In this document: one piece after another, positions 51,426 through 63,235 of the stretch
Numbering within the stretch: position 1 is the stretch's first letter
Layout: every line of letters starts with the position of its first letter
Assembly (NCBI RefSeq): GCF_001194135.2
Contig: NC_068995.1
Location: 49,968,852-50,032,851 of the forward strand
Origin: Octopus bimaculoides
Taxonomy: Eukaryota
Length of the DNA: 64,000 nt
Direction of reading: 5' to 3'
Translations under genes and position numbers: made by a program
The notes under the pieces: model-generated
Told to the model about the DNA's origin: nothing
Database searches by the model: none
Seen by the model: the letters and a program-made list of their open reading frames with translations, nothing else

Positions 51426-51895
51426 AGCGACTCCGTTACTTCTTCTCATACCCTGGATGCTGCGGTCAGGGCGAGATCCACAGCTTCTGCAGCCGAGCGG
51501 AACAAAATCCTGAAATACCGCGATCTGTCGGCCAACTACATTTTCCATCCTGTAGCGTTCGAGACGTTTGGTGGGGTCGGAACACTGACTGCGAGATTCC
51601 TGTCTTCACTGGCAACTTGCCTTGCAGAGGTAACTGGTGAGGCTCGTGAGGACGCTTGGCTGTTCCAGCGCATCAGCCTTGCCATCACCCGCGGCAACGC
51701 TGCAAACCTGTTGATGTGTCTCAATTGCCATTAGAGAGGTTTCTCAGAGCCCCCAACTTTTCAACCCAAGGTGGTGAATTATTTTGGTCTTTTTTCTTTT
51801 CCATTTTTCATTTGTGTTCTCTGTTTTGTCCTGTTTTCTAGTTTGTTTTTGTAAAACGGTAAACACTGTGAAAGCAATAAAATCAAAATCAAATT
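51426..51895 (+). mobile_element. 5'-truncated RLE-type non-LTR retrotransposon (CRE-clade-like): C-terminal endonuclease plus 3' UTR
   Basis: Open frame 51426-51734 without ATG: SDSVTSSHTLDAAVRARSTASAAERNKILKYRDLSANYIFHPVAFETFGGVGTLTARFLSSLATCLAEVTGEAREDAWLFQRISLAITRGNAANLLMCLNCH*. The AExxKxxKY / FxPxAxETxG / QRISxAxxRGNA motifs are present, followed by a T-rich UTR and AATAAA. Confidence 0.75.
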
Positions 51896-53365
51896 TTAGA
51901 TGTGTTAATGATCGAGAGACTAATGGCAATTTGGCAATAACTGTTGTATGATATATTCGTTGAAATTATGGAGAAAATATAAAATTTAGCTAGATTCAGT
52001 GGAGTTCGTGAGTTAAGATAAGTTCATATACAACGGAGAAAAAGTTGCATTTTGAGGGTACGGGTTGTAATATCATGACTACTGAATGTAAAAAGAGAAT
52101 TGTCAAACGTGTTAAAAATTCAAATCGTTTAGATGTTGCGGAATCGAAAAAATATGAACCAGTCAAGTGTTGGGGTCGACGGTAATGGCTAAAATCCTAA
52201 TTCCAAAATTATTAGCATTGCTTTCATTTGAAAAACAGTTGTTCCACCCCAGCTGTGGCAAGGGAGGTAATCTACATTCAGAGGAGGCAAGAATTATGTC
52301 CCTCTAAAAATATCGTCGGCAAAAAAAAATCTGTTGAGACCAACAAAACTTTGAAAGGTCAAATATGCAAAAATAACACCGTTATATATTTTCTTTAAAT
52401 ACCTTTAGTATTTGACTATTTTGTTAATATTCCCCGTCTTGTCATTAAAATACTTTATAATTATTTAAGATTCAAAATTAGAATTGAGGAATTTTGAATC
52501 CATATTTTATCTATTGATTATACGTAACTGGGAAATAATTATTAGATTTTACATCAAAGACATTTTGCTACTATTAATAAATAATGAATAGTTCCAGATA
52601 CCTAAAATAAATGCTTAGCAACTCCATATCTGAATACAGCCTCCAGAGTTTGGAATCACTGTGCAAGACTGAATGAAAATGATCAACCAACAATAAGTTT
52701 CAAGTGCTGCAATTCTCATCAATATGAATTGTTGACTTGGAGCCTATCAGAGAGGAAGAAACATGCCTAACTGGATAATCATAATAAACCATTTGTTGGA
52801 TCAGGGAGTCTACAGTATTGATTTAACAAAGCAAAGTGAGTGTGTATGTTGTAGTTATTTTTAGACAGTCCTTTTTCCACACAGTCACAGCCAGCTCTGA
52901 AAAGTAAGATATGTTGGTCTCCTGTCCAGTAGATGTTTTGAATCCCATTATCCCTTTGATGTTGTGTCAACAACGAAATTATTAAGCTTCTTGTTGTTTC
53001 AGTAAATTTAGTCACAATAAATATCACAAGTTAGGTTTTGGAATGAAAGTGTAGCAAACCTTTAGGTACCCATTATTTTGCTTCTTTATATCACATGATG
53101 GTCGAGTCCATTTAGCTTTACGCAGGCTATGTTTAAGTCTTCCTATGTGCCAATCAGTGACAGATATCACTCTAGTAGAAAGCTTCAGACAAGTTTCCCA
53201 AATAATTCCACTCACTTCAGATGATGAGCCCTCAGCCTTTGTTCTGGTTTTTCCCTGTCTGTATTTCTTGAAGGTTAACTGTCCATTTCACATCTAATCT
53301 ATCACACAAAAGTATCCAAACCAAGTAAGTAGATAACTCAACCAACTACAAATTATTTCATGATG

Positions 53366-53419
<54 letters not shown>

Positions 53420-54674
53420 NNNNNNNNNNNNNNNNNNNNNNNNNNNNNNNNNNNNNNNNNNNNNNNNNNNNNNNNNNNNNNNNNNNNNNNNNNNNNNNNN
53501 NNNNNNNNNNNNNNNNNNNNNNNNNNNNNNNNNNNNNNNNNNNNNNNNNNNNNNNNNNNNNNNNNNNNNNNNNNNNNNNNNNNNNNNNNNNNNNNNNNNN
53601 NNNNNNNNNNNNNNNNNNNNNNNNNNNNNNNNNNNNNNNNNNNNNNNNNNNNNNNNNNNNNNNNNNNNNNNNNNNNNNNNNNNNNNNNNNNNNNNNNNNN
53701 NNNNNNNNNNNNNNNNNNNNNNNNNNNNNNNNNNNNNNNNNNNNNNNNNNNNNNNNNNNNNNNNNNNNNNNNNNNNNNNNNNNNNNNNNNNNNNNNNNNN
53801 NNNNNNNNNNNNNNNNNNNNNNNNNNNNNNNNNNNNNNNNNNNNNNNNNNNNNNNNNNNNNNNNNNNNNNNNNNNNNNNNNNNNNNNNNNNNNNNNNNNN
53901 NNNNNNNNNNNNNNNNNNNNNNNNNNNNNNNNNNNNNNNNNNNNNNNNNNNNNNNNNNNNNNNNNNNNNNNNATATGTGTGTGTGTGTGTCTGTGTTTGT
54001 CCCCACAACATCGCTTGACAACTGATGCTGGTGTGTTTACGTCCCCGTAACTTAGCGGTTCGGCAAAAGAGACTAATAGAATAAGTACTAGGCTTCCAAA
54101 GAATAAGTCCTGGGGTCGATTTGCTTGACTAAAAGGCGGTGCTCCAGCATGGCCGCAGTCAAATGACTGAAACACGTAAAAGAGTAAAGAGTATATATAT
54201 ATACATATATACACACACACACAACCGGCTGCTCTCAGTTTGCATCTGTGAAATCTACTTACAAGGCTTGGTTGGTGCAAGACAACAGTAGAAGACACTT
54301 GCCCAAGGTGCCACGCAGTAAGATAGAACCCAGAACCATGCAGTTGGCAAACAAACGTCTTAATACACAGCCCTTCCTTTGTCTATGATTGAATACAATA
54401 ACAACAACAACAACAGCAACAACAACAAAAAAAACAGGTTTCGAACAATGAATAAATAAATGATAAAAAAGAAAAGAAAGAAAGAACAATTTGAAGGTGA
54501 ATGATTTATTTGTAAACCAGCAGCTGTCCAAATGTGGAAGGAAATCAAGATATGGAACTGAAAGAGAATCTTTTTTTTTTTTTGTGTTTCTTTTTTTTTT
54601 GTTTTTGTTACTTTTTATCTTGAAACCTGATTTAAGTGAATCATAATTAAGTAAGTTGTCATAAAATTTGGTAA

Positions 54675-54744
54675 TAGATAGATACAATAGATAGATAGAC
54701 AGACAGATAGATAGAAAGATAGATAAACTGATAGATAGCTAGAC

Positions 54745-54800
<56 letters not shown>

Positions 54801-55077
54801 GTTGTTCATTAGCCACAGGTCAGCTATGGTCAGTTTATCTTTTTTTATTGTTTTTTTTTCCTCCCTGGGATTTCTATCCCTGGGGTTACATAATCAAATG
54901 TGTCCTTTTTTTTTTAAGACAATAGCATGTGATCTGAAGGAGATTTGACTGTGATTTCTAACAGGTTGAGCAATAACATAGAAATTCCCTCATGGTTAAA
55001 CAGACAAATAGATGGATGGAAAGACAAACAGATAGATAGATAGATAGAGAGAGAAAGAGAGAGAAATTCATACACAC

Positions 55078-55113
<36 letters not shown>

Positions 55114-55500
55114 AGACAGAAAAACAGATTGATAGAGAGAGATACACAAAGAGAACCAAATAGATAGATATATAGATTCATACATATTGAGAGAGATAGC
55201 AAATTACATAGCTATATAGAGATAGACACACAGACTGATAGACAAATAGATAGACAGATAGATAGATAGATAGATTCAAACATATATACGGAGATAATGA
55301 GAAAGAGGTAAACAGAGATGCAAACAGGCAGATAGATAGATATATATATAGAGTCATATACATACATACATATATATATATATACAGAAATAGTGAGATA
55401 TATAGAAAAAAGATGTGGGCAGGCTAATACAGTGAGAGAAAAATAGATATACAGAGTGAGAGAGAGAGAGATAGAGTAAGAGGGAGAGAGAGAGAGAGAA
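54675..55500. repeat. (GATA)n/(GA)n-rich compound microsatellite, about 830 bp
   Basis: Seen directly; smaller GATA tracts at 45285-45340 and 56630-56750. Confidence 0.9.
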
Positions 55501-56779
55501 ACCAAGAAGCATATAGATAGATATATAAGTTAAAGGAACAAAGTCATACAAAAAAATATCTTCATGAATTGAAAATTTTTTTCATATGGAATCCAGTACA
55601 CCATCCTTTAACATAATTATTTAAATGTATGCCATTGTTTCCCTTGGCTCATTTTATTTTTAATAATGCAAATTAATCAGGCTAAGAAACAGTCATAACT
55701 CATTTTCTATATGTGAAAAATGTATTTACTGATCTGCAGGCTTGGTTAAACACTACTATACTGATGAGGTTTAAATAGACTGAAACATGTTGATAGTTGT
55801 CCTGCACTTCCAAGCAGAGATCACTGCCCATTCCCCAAGTTATCTCCTCTTCTTTAATAATTCCCACTAAGTTTTTGTTTCCTTTCTCCAACCAAGAGGG
55901 AAATTTCAGTTGATTAAGAGTTTATATATATATATATATATATATGGCAATTCAGTACATCACTTCTTAACTTAATCATCTGAATTCATACCATTGGTCC
56001 ATTTGAGTTATTTCCCTCAAAACATTTGTCATATCTTTTGTTCATTTGGTCTTTATTTTTTAGCTTGTTTGTTTGTTTTTACATCAATTCTTCTATACTA
56101 GCATGGGTTAGCTGAATATATTGTTGAGGCATTGTTTTTCTGATGGATGCTCTTCCTGTCACTAACCCTTATCTGATTTTCAAGTAAAAAGTCTCTTATG
56201 CTCTACAACTTCTTTGAGAGTAAGTAGTTAACAACTGCAATTATCTTTTTTTCATTATTTATATTTTTGTTTTTATTTTCTTTCTCCAATAAAAAGGAAT
56301 TTTCAATCAAGATTATTTCGCATATAGCGGTCAGTACATCACTCACTAATTAATAACTTAATTATCCAAATTTATGTTATTGACCCTTCTATATTATTTT
56401 CTTTAGTTCGTTTTAGATAGATAGATAAATAAATATTGTGTTAACATTTGTTTTTATGTTCAGTTATAATAAAAACAATTTTACATTAATCTGATGAGTT
56501 ACTTCTACACTTTTGTAGAGTAGAAGTTTATCATTCTTAAACAAGAATATTTCGGTGAGTTAAGCCAAGGTCAGACAATGGCTTAACTGGCCAAAACTTA
56601 GAAGTATTCTTCTTTAAGGATGATAAATAGATAGCTAGATAGATAGATAGATAGATTCATACAGAGATAGTGAGAGATATATAGACAGATAAATAGGTAG
56701 ACTATTATAAAGTTGATGGTTAGATATCTACAGATAGACAAATAGAGAAAGTGTGACAAGATGATTATATACACACACA

Positions 56780-57013
56780 CAGGATGTTCAAAAAGTTTCT
56801 CTGCAGTGAATATTTTTCATCCTGTGCATCACCATGACACTACTTCAAGAGTTTTTTGGTGAACGAATTATTTCGAAGGGACTTTGGCCACCAAGATCAC
56901 CTGATTTAACACCACCAGACTTTTTTTTCTGCGGAGCAAGTAAAGGGTCAGTGTACAAGAATCGCCCGGAAACCATTAAATACTTACTGTGGAGAGACTT
57001 CTTGAACACCCTG
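56780..57013 (+). mobile_element. Internally deleted Tc1/mariner-superfamily element with about 28-bp TIRs
   Basis: Left end CAGGATGTTCAAAAAGTTTCTCTGCAG versus reverse complement of right end CAGGGTGTTCAAGAAGTCTCTCCACAG; TA follows the right end. Internal peptide FFGERIISKGLWPPRSPDLTPPDFFFCG is a transposase catalytic-end motif. Confidence 0.85.
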
Positions 57014-57278
57014 TATGTATATGTATATATATATATATATATNNNNNNNNNNNNNNNNNNNNNNNNNNNNNNNNNNNNNNNNNNNNNNNNNNNNNNNNNN
57101 NNNNNNNNNNNNNNNNNNNNNNNNNNNNNNNNNNNNNNNNNNNNNNNNNNNNNNNNNNNNNNNNNNNNNNNNNNNNNNNNNNNNNNNNNNNNNNNNNNNN
57201 NNNNNNNNNNNNNNNNNNNNNNNNNNNNNNNNNNNNNNNNNNNNNNNNNNNNNNNNNNNNNNNNNNNNNNNNNNNNNN

Positions 57279-57348
<70 letters not shown>

Positions 57349-57449
57349 AAAGAGCAATAGAGATGATAGAGAGATGGGAAGAAAGAAAGAAAGAGAGAGA
57401 AAGTCAATAGAAAGAGATTTCAGTAGATTTTCAATACATTGATAAAAGT

Positions 57450-57596
57450 TCAGTGCAGCCGATACTTTTTGGATGATTTCAGATTAATGTAAGATTTCTT
57501 TAGAGAATCTTCGTCATCTTTATTAAATAGAGTGAACCTTTCTCCTTTAGTACTAACGACCTTGTTGTCTAAATAACGCACCAGTTTCTTGGGTAC
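57450..57596 (-). CDS. CUEDC2: CUEDC2 terminal coding exon
   Basis: VPKKLVRYLDNKVVSTKGERF...KKYRLH with the TGA at 57450-57452. Confidence 0.95.
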   Translation of the reverse strand, partial: VPKKLVRYLDNKVVSTKGERFTLFNKDDEDSLKKSYINLKSSKKYRLH

Positions 57597-60500
57597 CTGT
57601 AAGTTGAAAGTGAGAGAGAAAGTGAAAGTGAAACGAAGGACGTATAAAGTATAATGAAGGTGGTGGTAGCAATGGAGATGGTGGTGGTGGTGGTGGTGGT
57701 GAGGAATAAAAGCTTGATGCTGAACTTAATTGTCGATGTGAAGTATGAATGTTAATGTGAAATATTAGCATAAAATATCAACGTGAAATGTCAATGTGAT
57801 ATATGAGCATAAAATATCAACATAAGTTTTATGTGGATCATTGCAGGCATAGAAGGAAAAAAAAAAAAGAGGAGTGAACAGCTGTATCATCTGCATAGAA
57901 ATGTGTGTGGTTAGAAATAAGCCAAGAACATTGATAGAATAGACAAGGAAGAGTATGGAGACATAATCAGATTTGGGGTAGATTAAGAAAGGCATATAAT
58001 GATCTTTCCAGTTGAATATTTTTTTCGGGCTCTGCAACACAATTGAAAATTTTAATAATTGCTAGTTTTGGCCGAATTTTGGATTTCTGGACTATAAGTC
58101 ATAATGAATATATATTTCTACATAGCAGAATGCAAAACAGTAAATATAGTATCCTTAAAAGGTTGCATATCATGTTTCAATACAATTGACTAAAATCTTG
58201 AGGTTCTGCATTGACTATAAAGAGAATGGGAGTGTGAACTTCTCTCCAGTGCCACTGCAACAGTTGTTGCATGTGGACGTGCGTCGTACGTGTGTGAAGT
58301 TTTCTGCTTTGTACTTTGACTTTAGGCCATTATATGAAAATTAATGAACGTGTTAAATTTAGTGTTGTTTACATTTAGTGATGAATCATATACCAATAAT
58401 ACATCATGATATTGAATGCTTAATATTTGGTACTCAATGTGATCTTAGTGAGCGAGTTTGGCCAACTTACAAGGACGTACTAAAATGTGTTTTGTTTGAA
58501 CAAGAAAAAGAAAAGAATGTAGTTAAGAAAGATCCTTCAATTAAACAAATTGTCAAGATTGTATAAGAAAAGATAATTCTTCTTTGGCAAAAGGCATCCA
58601 TCCCTTGTGTTGTGATTGACTCAGTTAAACCGAAAATCTTTAAACTTTTATCTAAAATACCAAGCATTACTAAAATCTGTTGAAAATAGAAAAAAATGTG
58701 TCATCGTTTCAAACAAAGTGTAATGTGTTTAAAAACAATGCAACAAAAGATTTATTTGATATTTCCTGTTACAAGTGCAACTCCTTTAAAAACTGCAGAT
58801 GTAGTAAAGACAAAATGCACCGCAGAGGAAACAAGATTCTTTTACAGGATCAACATGTCAAGAATCAAAAATTGGCTTACACGTAATTTTATTTTAATGT
58901 GTGTGTAATTTAAACCTCATGTAACATATATTCGGTAACATAGTATTAAAAATAATAAAGAAAACAAAGTTGAAAAGTCTGTTTATTTGACATAATTTCG
59001 AAATTTCAAGTGTGTTGCGGAGCCTGAAGATATAAATTTTAGAGCTTGAGATTCTAACACTCTTGTTTCTAAAGGGTTTTGCAAAAGAAAATCAATTCAT
59101 AACAATGAATGTAAAAAATAAAATGAGGAACGGCAAATGTGTTATAAATTGATTTTTCATTCATTATTCAAAATTTCAAGTGGGCTGTGGAGCCTGAAGA
59201 TGTAAATTTAAGAACTTCAGATATTTTAACACCATTGTTTTTAAAGGATTTCACAGTAAAAAAATATACTCTTGAAAACATATTTTGAAAATCTGTGTAT
59301 AAAAGTACCCTTTTCACTCCTCCCTAGTGTGTGTATGTTTATGTTAGAGAGAGAGATAGATAGACAAATAGACAGATATACATACAAACACACGTATACA
59401 TACATATATACAATCACACACACATTAATACTTACATACACACATATATGCAAACAAACATTCATATGCATTTAAGGATAATGTTTAACCTACACTTTTG
59501 GGAGCAGCTGGTCTATATATCTTCTTATCTTCTTCTTCATCTATATAAGCATATCTGAAAAAAATAAATAAATAAAAGAGAATTTTGGGAGCATTGACAA
59601 AGTGTCACAAATTTAGGGGATTGTCCCAACCACAATTCATGACTGGTACTTATTTTCATTGTCACTGCAAGAATGGAAAGCAAAGTAAACCAGAATTCAA
59701 GATGAGATTAAATACTACAAGGTATTTTTCTCAGACACTCTGCTGATTATGTCATCAAATGTCTTATCAATATAACGATAACGATATTCCTAATCACTGC
59801 TTGGCGCTGATGCTATTTTTATTCCAACCAGGTGGCATACTAGTGTAACTCATCCACTGATATTGACTGTTTCTTAGTAAAGCTATGGCTTTGAATCTAC
59901 TCAGGGTCATCTCTCTTTGGTATTTCCCATTGAAGAAAGCCAAAGAGAGCTAGAAATGCATCTCAGACCGAAAATGGTTGGTTGGCTTATACATCAAGAC
60001 AACTTTGCAGCAGGATTTGGAAAAATAGAGATGATGTTTGAATGTTTACACTATATACACCAACTTGAATGCAAGAAAATATGGTAAAGCAAATTATCTG
60101 AGACCTATAAAAACTTGCCAGTAGCTAATTTTCAACAGATGTAGTGGATAAGGTCACAGAAAGCAGACTAACATCGTGACATCCCAAGAAATAAATGAAA
60201 AGTGAATATTGCAGTTTTTATGTATTTTTAATCCTTTAGCATTCAGATCACTCTGTCAAATGTGATGCCTACTTATTCACATTGTTTTGATGATGTGATT
60301 GTTTATTTTTAGAATGATGTTGTAGGGTATATGTGAGAAGTTGGATCTGACCAGTCTGAATATAAACTGAGAATATTTGGGTCGGATCTGGCCAATTTAA
60401 ATGCTAAAGAGTTAAAATGGCACTAAAATGGTTAAAATAGTTCTTCCTTAATGTAATTACTAAATATACATACTTTTGAAGCATTTGGTCTCTGACTTTC

Positions 60501-61426
60501 TTGTCATCTTGGATTGGAGACTGGAAATGTAAATATTTCTGCAAGAACACAAAAGAAGATAGATTTTTTTTGTTCATTTTTGTTTTGATTAACGCAACAA
60601 TAACAATGATTTCAAATTTTGGCACGAGGCCAGCAAGTTCAGGAGGGGAGGGCTAAGTTGATTACATCAACCCCAGTATGCAACTGGTACTTATTTTATC
60701 AACCCTGAATGGATGGAAAGCAAAGTCTACCTCAGCAGAATTTAAATTCAGAACGTAAAAACAGATGCATTTTGTCCTGCACAGTTATGGGACTGCCAGC
60801 TTGTTGGCATTAACAAAACAACAGCAATGATGATGATGTTGATGTTGATAATAATAATAATAATAACAAGTGCCCTGATGTTGTACCAGGCAGTGGCTCT
60901 CATGGCTTCTGATCTTAATTGATTGGAAGTGTTATCAAGTACATTGTTTTGTCTTGCTATAAAAAGATGGGCTACAGCAAATATTCTGCTCAATACCACA
61001 GATTTGCTTGTCAGTTGTTTGACCTTAACCAGTTGAGCATGTCCCTTGGTGGCTGACGATATGTGCATCTCTGATCACGAGCAGAAGTAGTGGGGGAGCA
61101 TCATAGCCATGTGTTGAGAGGAATTCTTTGGGGTTTAGATAATTCACCTTTGGAAACATGGGTGTTTCATTCAACATCCTTAAACAACTCTTATTCAGGG
61201 ACCTTTTGAGCGAGATGGGCAACTCGACCAGAAGAAAATTCTAACTGGGCCCCACCTGCAAGGTCATACACTGTTTATCTTGATATGAATTACCATGTTG
61301 TGCACATATGGTTGTGTTGCATGTGCCTGGTGTACCCTTATCAGACAGGTAGTCATGATGGGTATAATGGGCTTTGTATATTTGTACCCCAGTGTCACTT
61401 TGATGGTATGCACTGCTCTCTCACTC

Positions 61427-61491
<65 letters not shown>

Positions 61492-61496
61492 TAATG

Positions 61497-61555
<59 letters not shown>

Positions 61556-62043
61556 CCTTTCTATTATAGGCACTGAAATTTTAGGAGAGGAGGGGGCTAA
61601 TTCATTACATTGACCCCAGTGTTCCCATCTCAGGGGGAAATATATATGCATCAGAATCTGGGGAAACTGGCCTTATGAACGTATGGCTCAGGAAGGACCT
61701 TTGATCCCTTTTTTCATTTATTTTATTGACTTCCGCCTTTCATTGAATGATTAATGGCAAAGCCAACTGCAGCTGGATTCACTCTCAGAAAATGTAAAGG
61801 AAAGAAAATATTAGAACAATAACCTAAAAAAAGACAAAAGTACAAAGAAAATCTTACTTTCTCATTATTTGAAACAATACTTTCTCCTGATTCATGACGA
61901 TCGAGTATCAACTGAGTTGCTTCATCCATGTCTCCACTTGCCAGACTGAGGCAATGGAAGGCTTCAAGGTGACATGCCGCAGGGAAAATCTCCAACAATC
62001 GATGGACTTTTTCATCAAAGATGCCTTCCACTTTATCTGATGG
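57450..62043 (-). CDS. CUEDC2: CUE domain-containing protein 2, last four coding exons: 61858-62043, 60474-60520, 59494-59554, 57450-57596
   Basis: Spliced peptide PSDKVEGIFDEKVHRLLEIFPAACHLEAFHCLSLASGDMDEATQLILDRHESGESIVSNNEK|SPIQDDKKVRDQMLQK|YAYIDEEEDKKIYRPAAPKS|VPKKLVRYLDNKVVSTKGERFTLFNKDDEDSLKKSYINLKSSKKYRLH*. It has a CUE domain and the diagnostic CUEDC2 C-terminus (IRYxDNxVVSTKGE...YINLK..KKYRxH). Phases are consistent. Confidence 0.93.
57869..59324 (+). mobile_element. Decayed DNA transposon in the last CUEDC2 intron; superfamily unassigned
   Basis: Degenerate terminal IR (GAGGAGTGAA / TTCACTCCTC) and subterminal IRs (about 58020 versus about 59005 and 59170). Interrupted frames read PTYKDVLKC...IILLWQKASIP...KIFKL...LFDISCYKCNSFKNCRCSKDK...LLQDQ. 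Confidence 0.55.
59494..59554 (-). CDS. CUEDC2: CUEDC2 exon
   Basis: YAYIDEEEDKKIYRPAAPKS; tttcag| ... |gtaggt. Confidence 0.92.
60232..60411. mobile_element. piggyBac-type MITE copy
   Basis: TTAA|tcctttagcatt ... aaatgctaaagag|TTAA. Confidence 0.7.
60474..60520 (-). CDS. CUEDC2: CUEDC2 exon
   Basis: SPIQDDKKVRDQMLQ(K); ccag| ... |gtatgt. Confidence 0.88.
60866..61556 (+). mobile_element. SINE/retroposon family F with a long (AAT)n tail (61426-61556)
   Basis: 60941-61245 is almost identical to 15375-15680; a reverse 3' copy lies at 10975-11230. Confidence 0.75.
61858..62043 (-). CDS. CUEDC2: CUEDC2 CUE-domain exon
   Basis: ctctcag|CCA ... AAA|gtaag; 62 codons. Confidence 0.92.
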
Positions 62044-62165
62044 CTGAGAGAAAGACACACACAAACACAAATATTGAAAGAAGAACAAGAGAGAAACAGA
62101 GGGTGAGAGAAAGATCTTAAGCAGATATACAAGACATGTAATAGTAAATTACCCAATATGTCGTT

Positions 62166-62202
<37 letters not shown>

Positions 62203-62464
62203 CATGAACATGTGTGTCTGCCTTCAGCACTATATCATCCACTGTCAGAACAGCTGTTCCCGAACATCTGCAGCCAATCAACCTGTTTCACTGGCCTTTA
62301 GCACCAGCTTCAGGACATAAAATAGATGTGAAAGACACCAAGAAAACTAATGGTACCAGCTGTGTATATGCGTGCGTGCTTGTGTGTGTGTATACATATA
62401 TACACGAACACACACATATATGTTTTAAATTTCCTGTTTGCTCTTTTCAAATCACTTAAGCCTG

Positions 62465-62513
62465 ACCCTAACCCCTAACCTTAACCCTAATAAAGGGTTA
62501 GGGTTAGGGTTAT
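62465..62513. repeat. Inverted telomere-like repeats (CCCTAA)n-TAAA-(GGGTTA)n
   Basis: accctaacccctaaccttaaccctaa taaa gggttagggttagggtta. Confidence 0.8.
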
Positions 62514-62774
62514 CTTTATTTTCTCTTGTTATGATATATTTCATGATCAGGATTGAAATGTTTACATTAATTATGTTACCTACGTTATTAATTAGCTTTG
62601 GTATCCAGTGAGACAAAGCCTCTACATAGTCATTTAATCTGCTAGACAACTATATCCCTCTCAAATCTCACTCTGCTGTCTTAAAAAATGAAAGATGCAT
62701 CGGACAATATAATATTATTATCGTCGTCGTCGCCGTCGTCGTCGCCGCCACCACCACCACCACCACCACCACCA

Positions 62775-63235
62775 GAATTTAGTATGTAAATGTAGTCTAA
62801 TGCATGGTCAGACAGTTGTATGTAGTTTTGTATAAAGTGCAATATAAAAGTATAACATCAAAGTGTAGTATGTAAGTGTGGCTGAAAAGTGTTACATGAA
62901 GTGTTGTAAGAGAATGTAGTGTGTAAGTGTAGTATAAGTGTAGTATGAAAGTATATTAGAATATAGGTAGTATGAATTGCAGTGTAGAAGTGCAGTTGGA
63001 AACTGCTGTATGTAAGTATAGTATGCTGTGTAGCTTGGAAGTGTAGTATCAAGTAAAGTATGGAAGTATGGTAGGAAAGTGTTGTATGAAGTATTACATG
63101 TAAGTGTAGCATAAAATGTAGTATGAAAGTATTGCGTCAAAAGGTAGTGTAAAGTGCAGTGTGACAGTGTGGTTGGAAAGTGTAATATGCAAGTGTTGTA
63201 TAATGTTTAGTTTGAAAGTGTAGCATGAAAAATGG
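62775..63235. repeat. Degenerate 12-13-bp minisatellite (AAGTGTAGTATG)
   Basis: Many imperfect units seen directly. Confidence 0.7.

Noticed and set aside
55700-55891. 63-aa minus-strand ORF EKGNKNLVGIIKEEEITW..
   Set aside because: No recognisable homology or convincing splice sites; likely UTR or intergenic.
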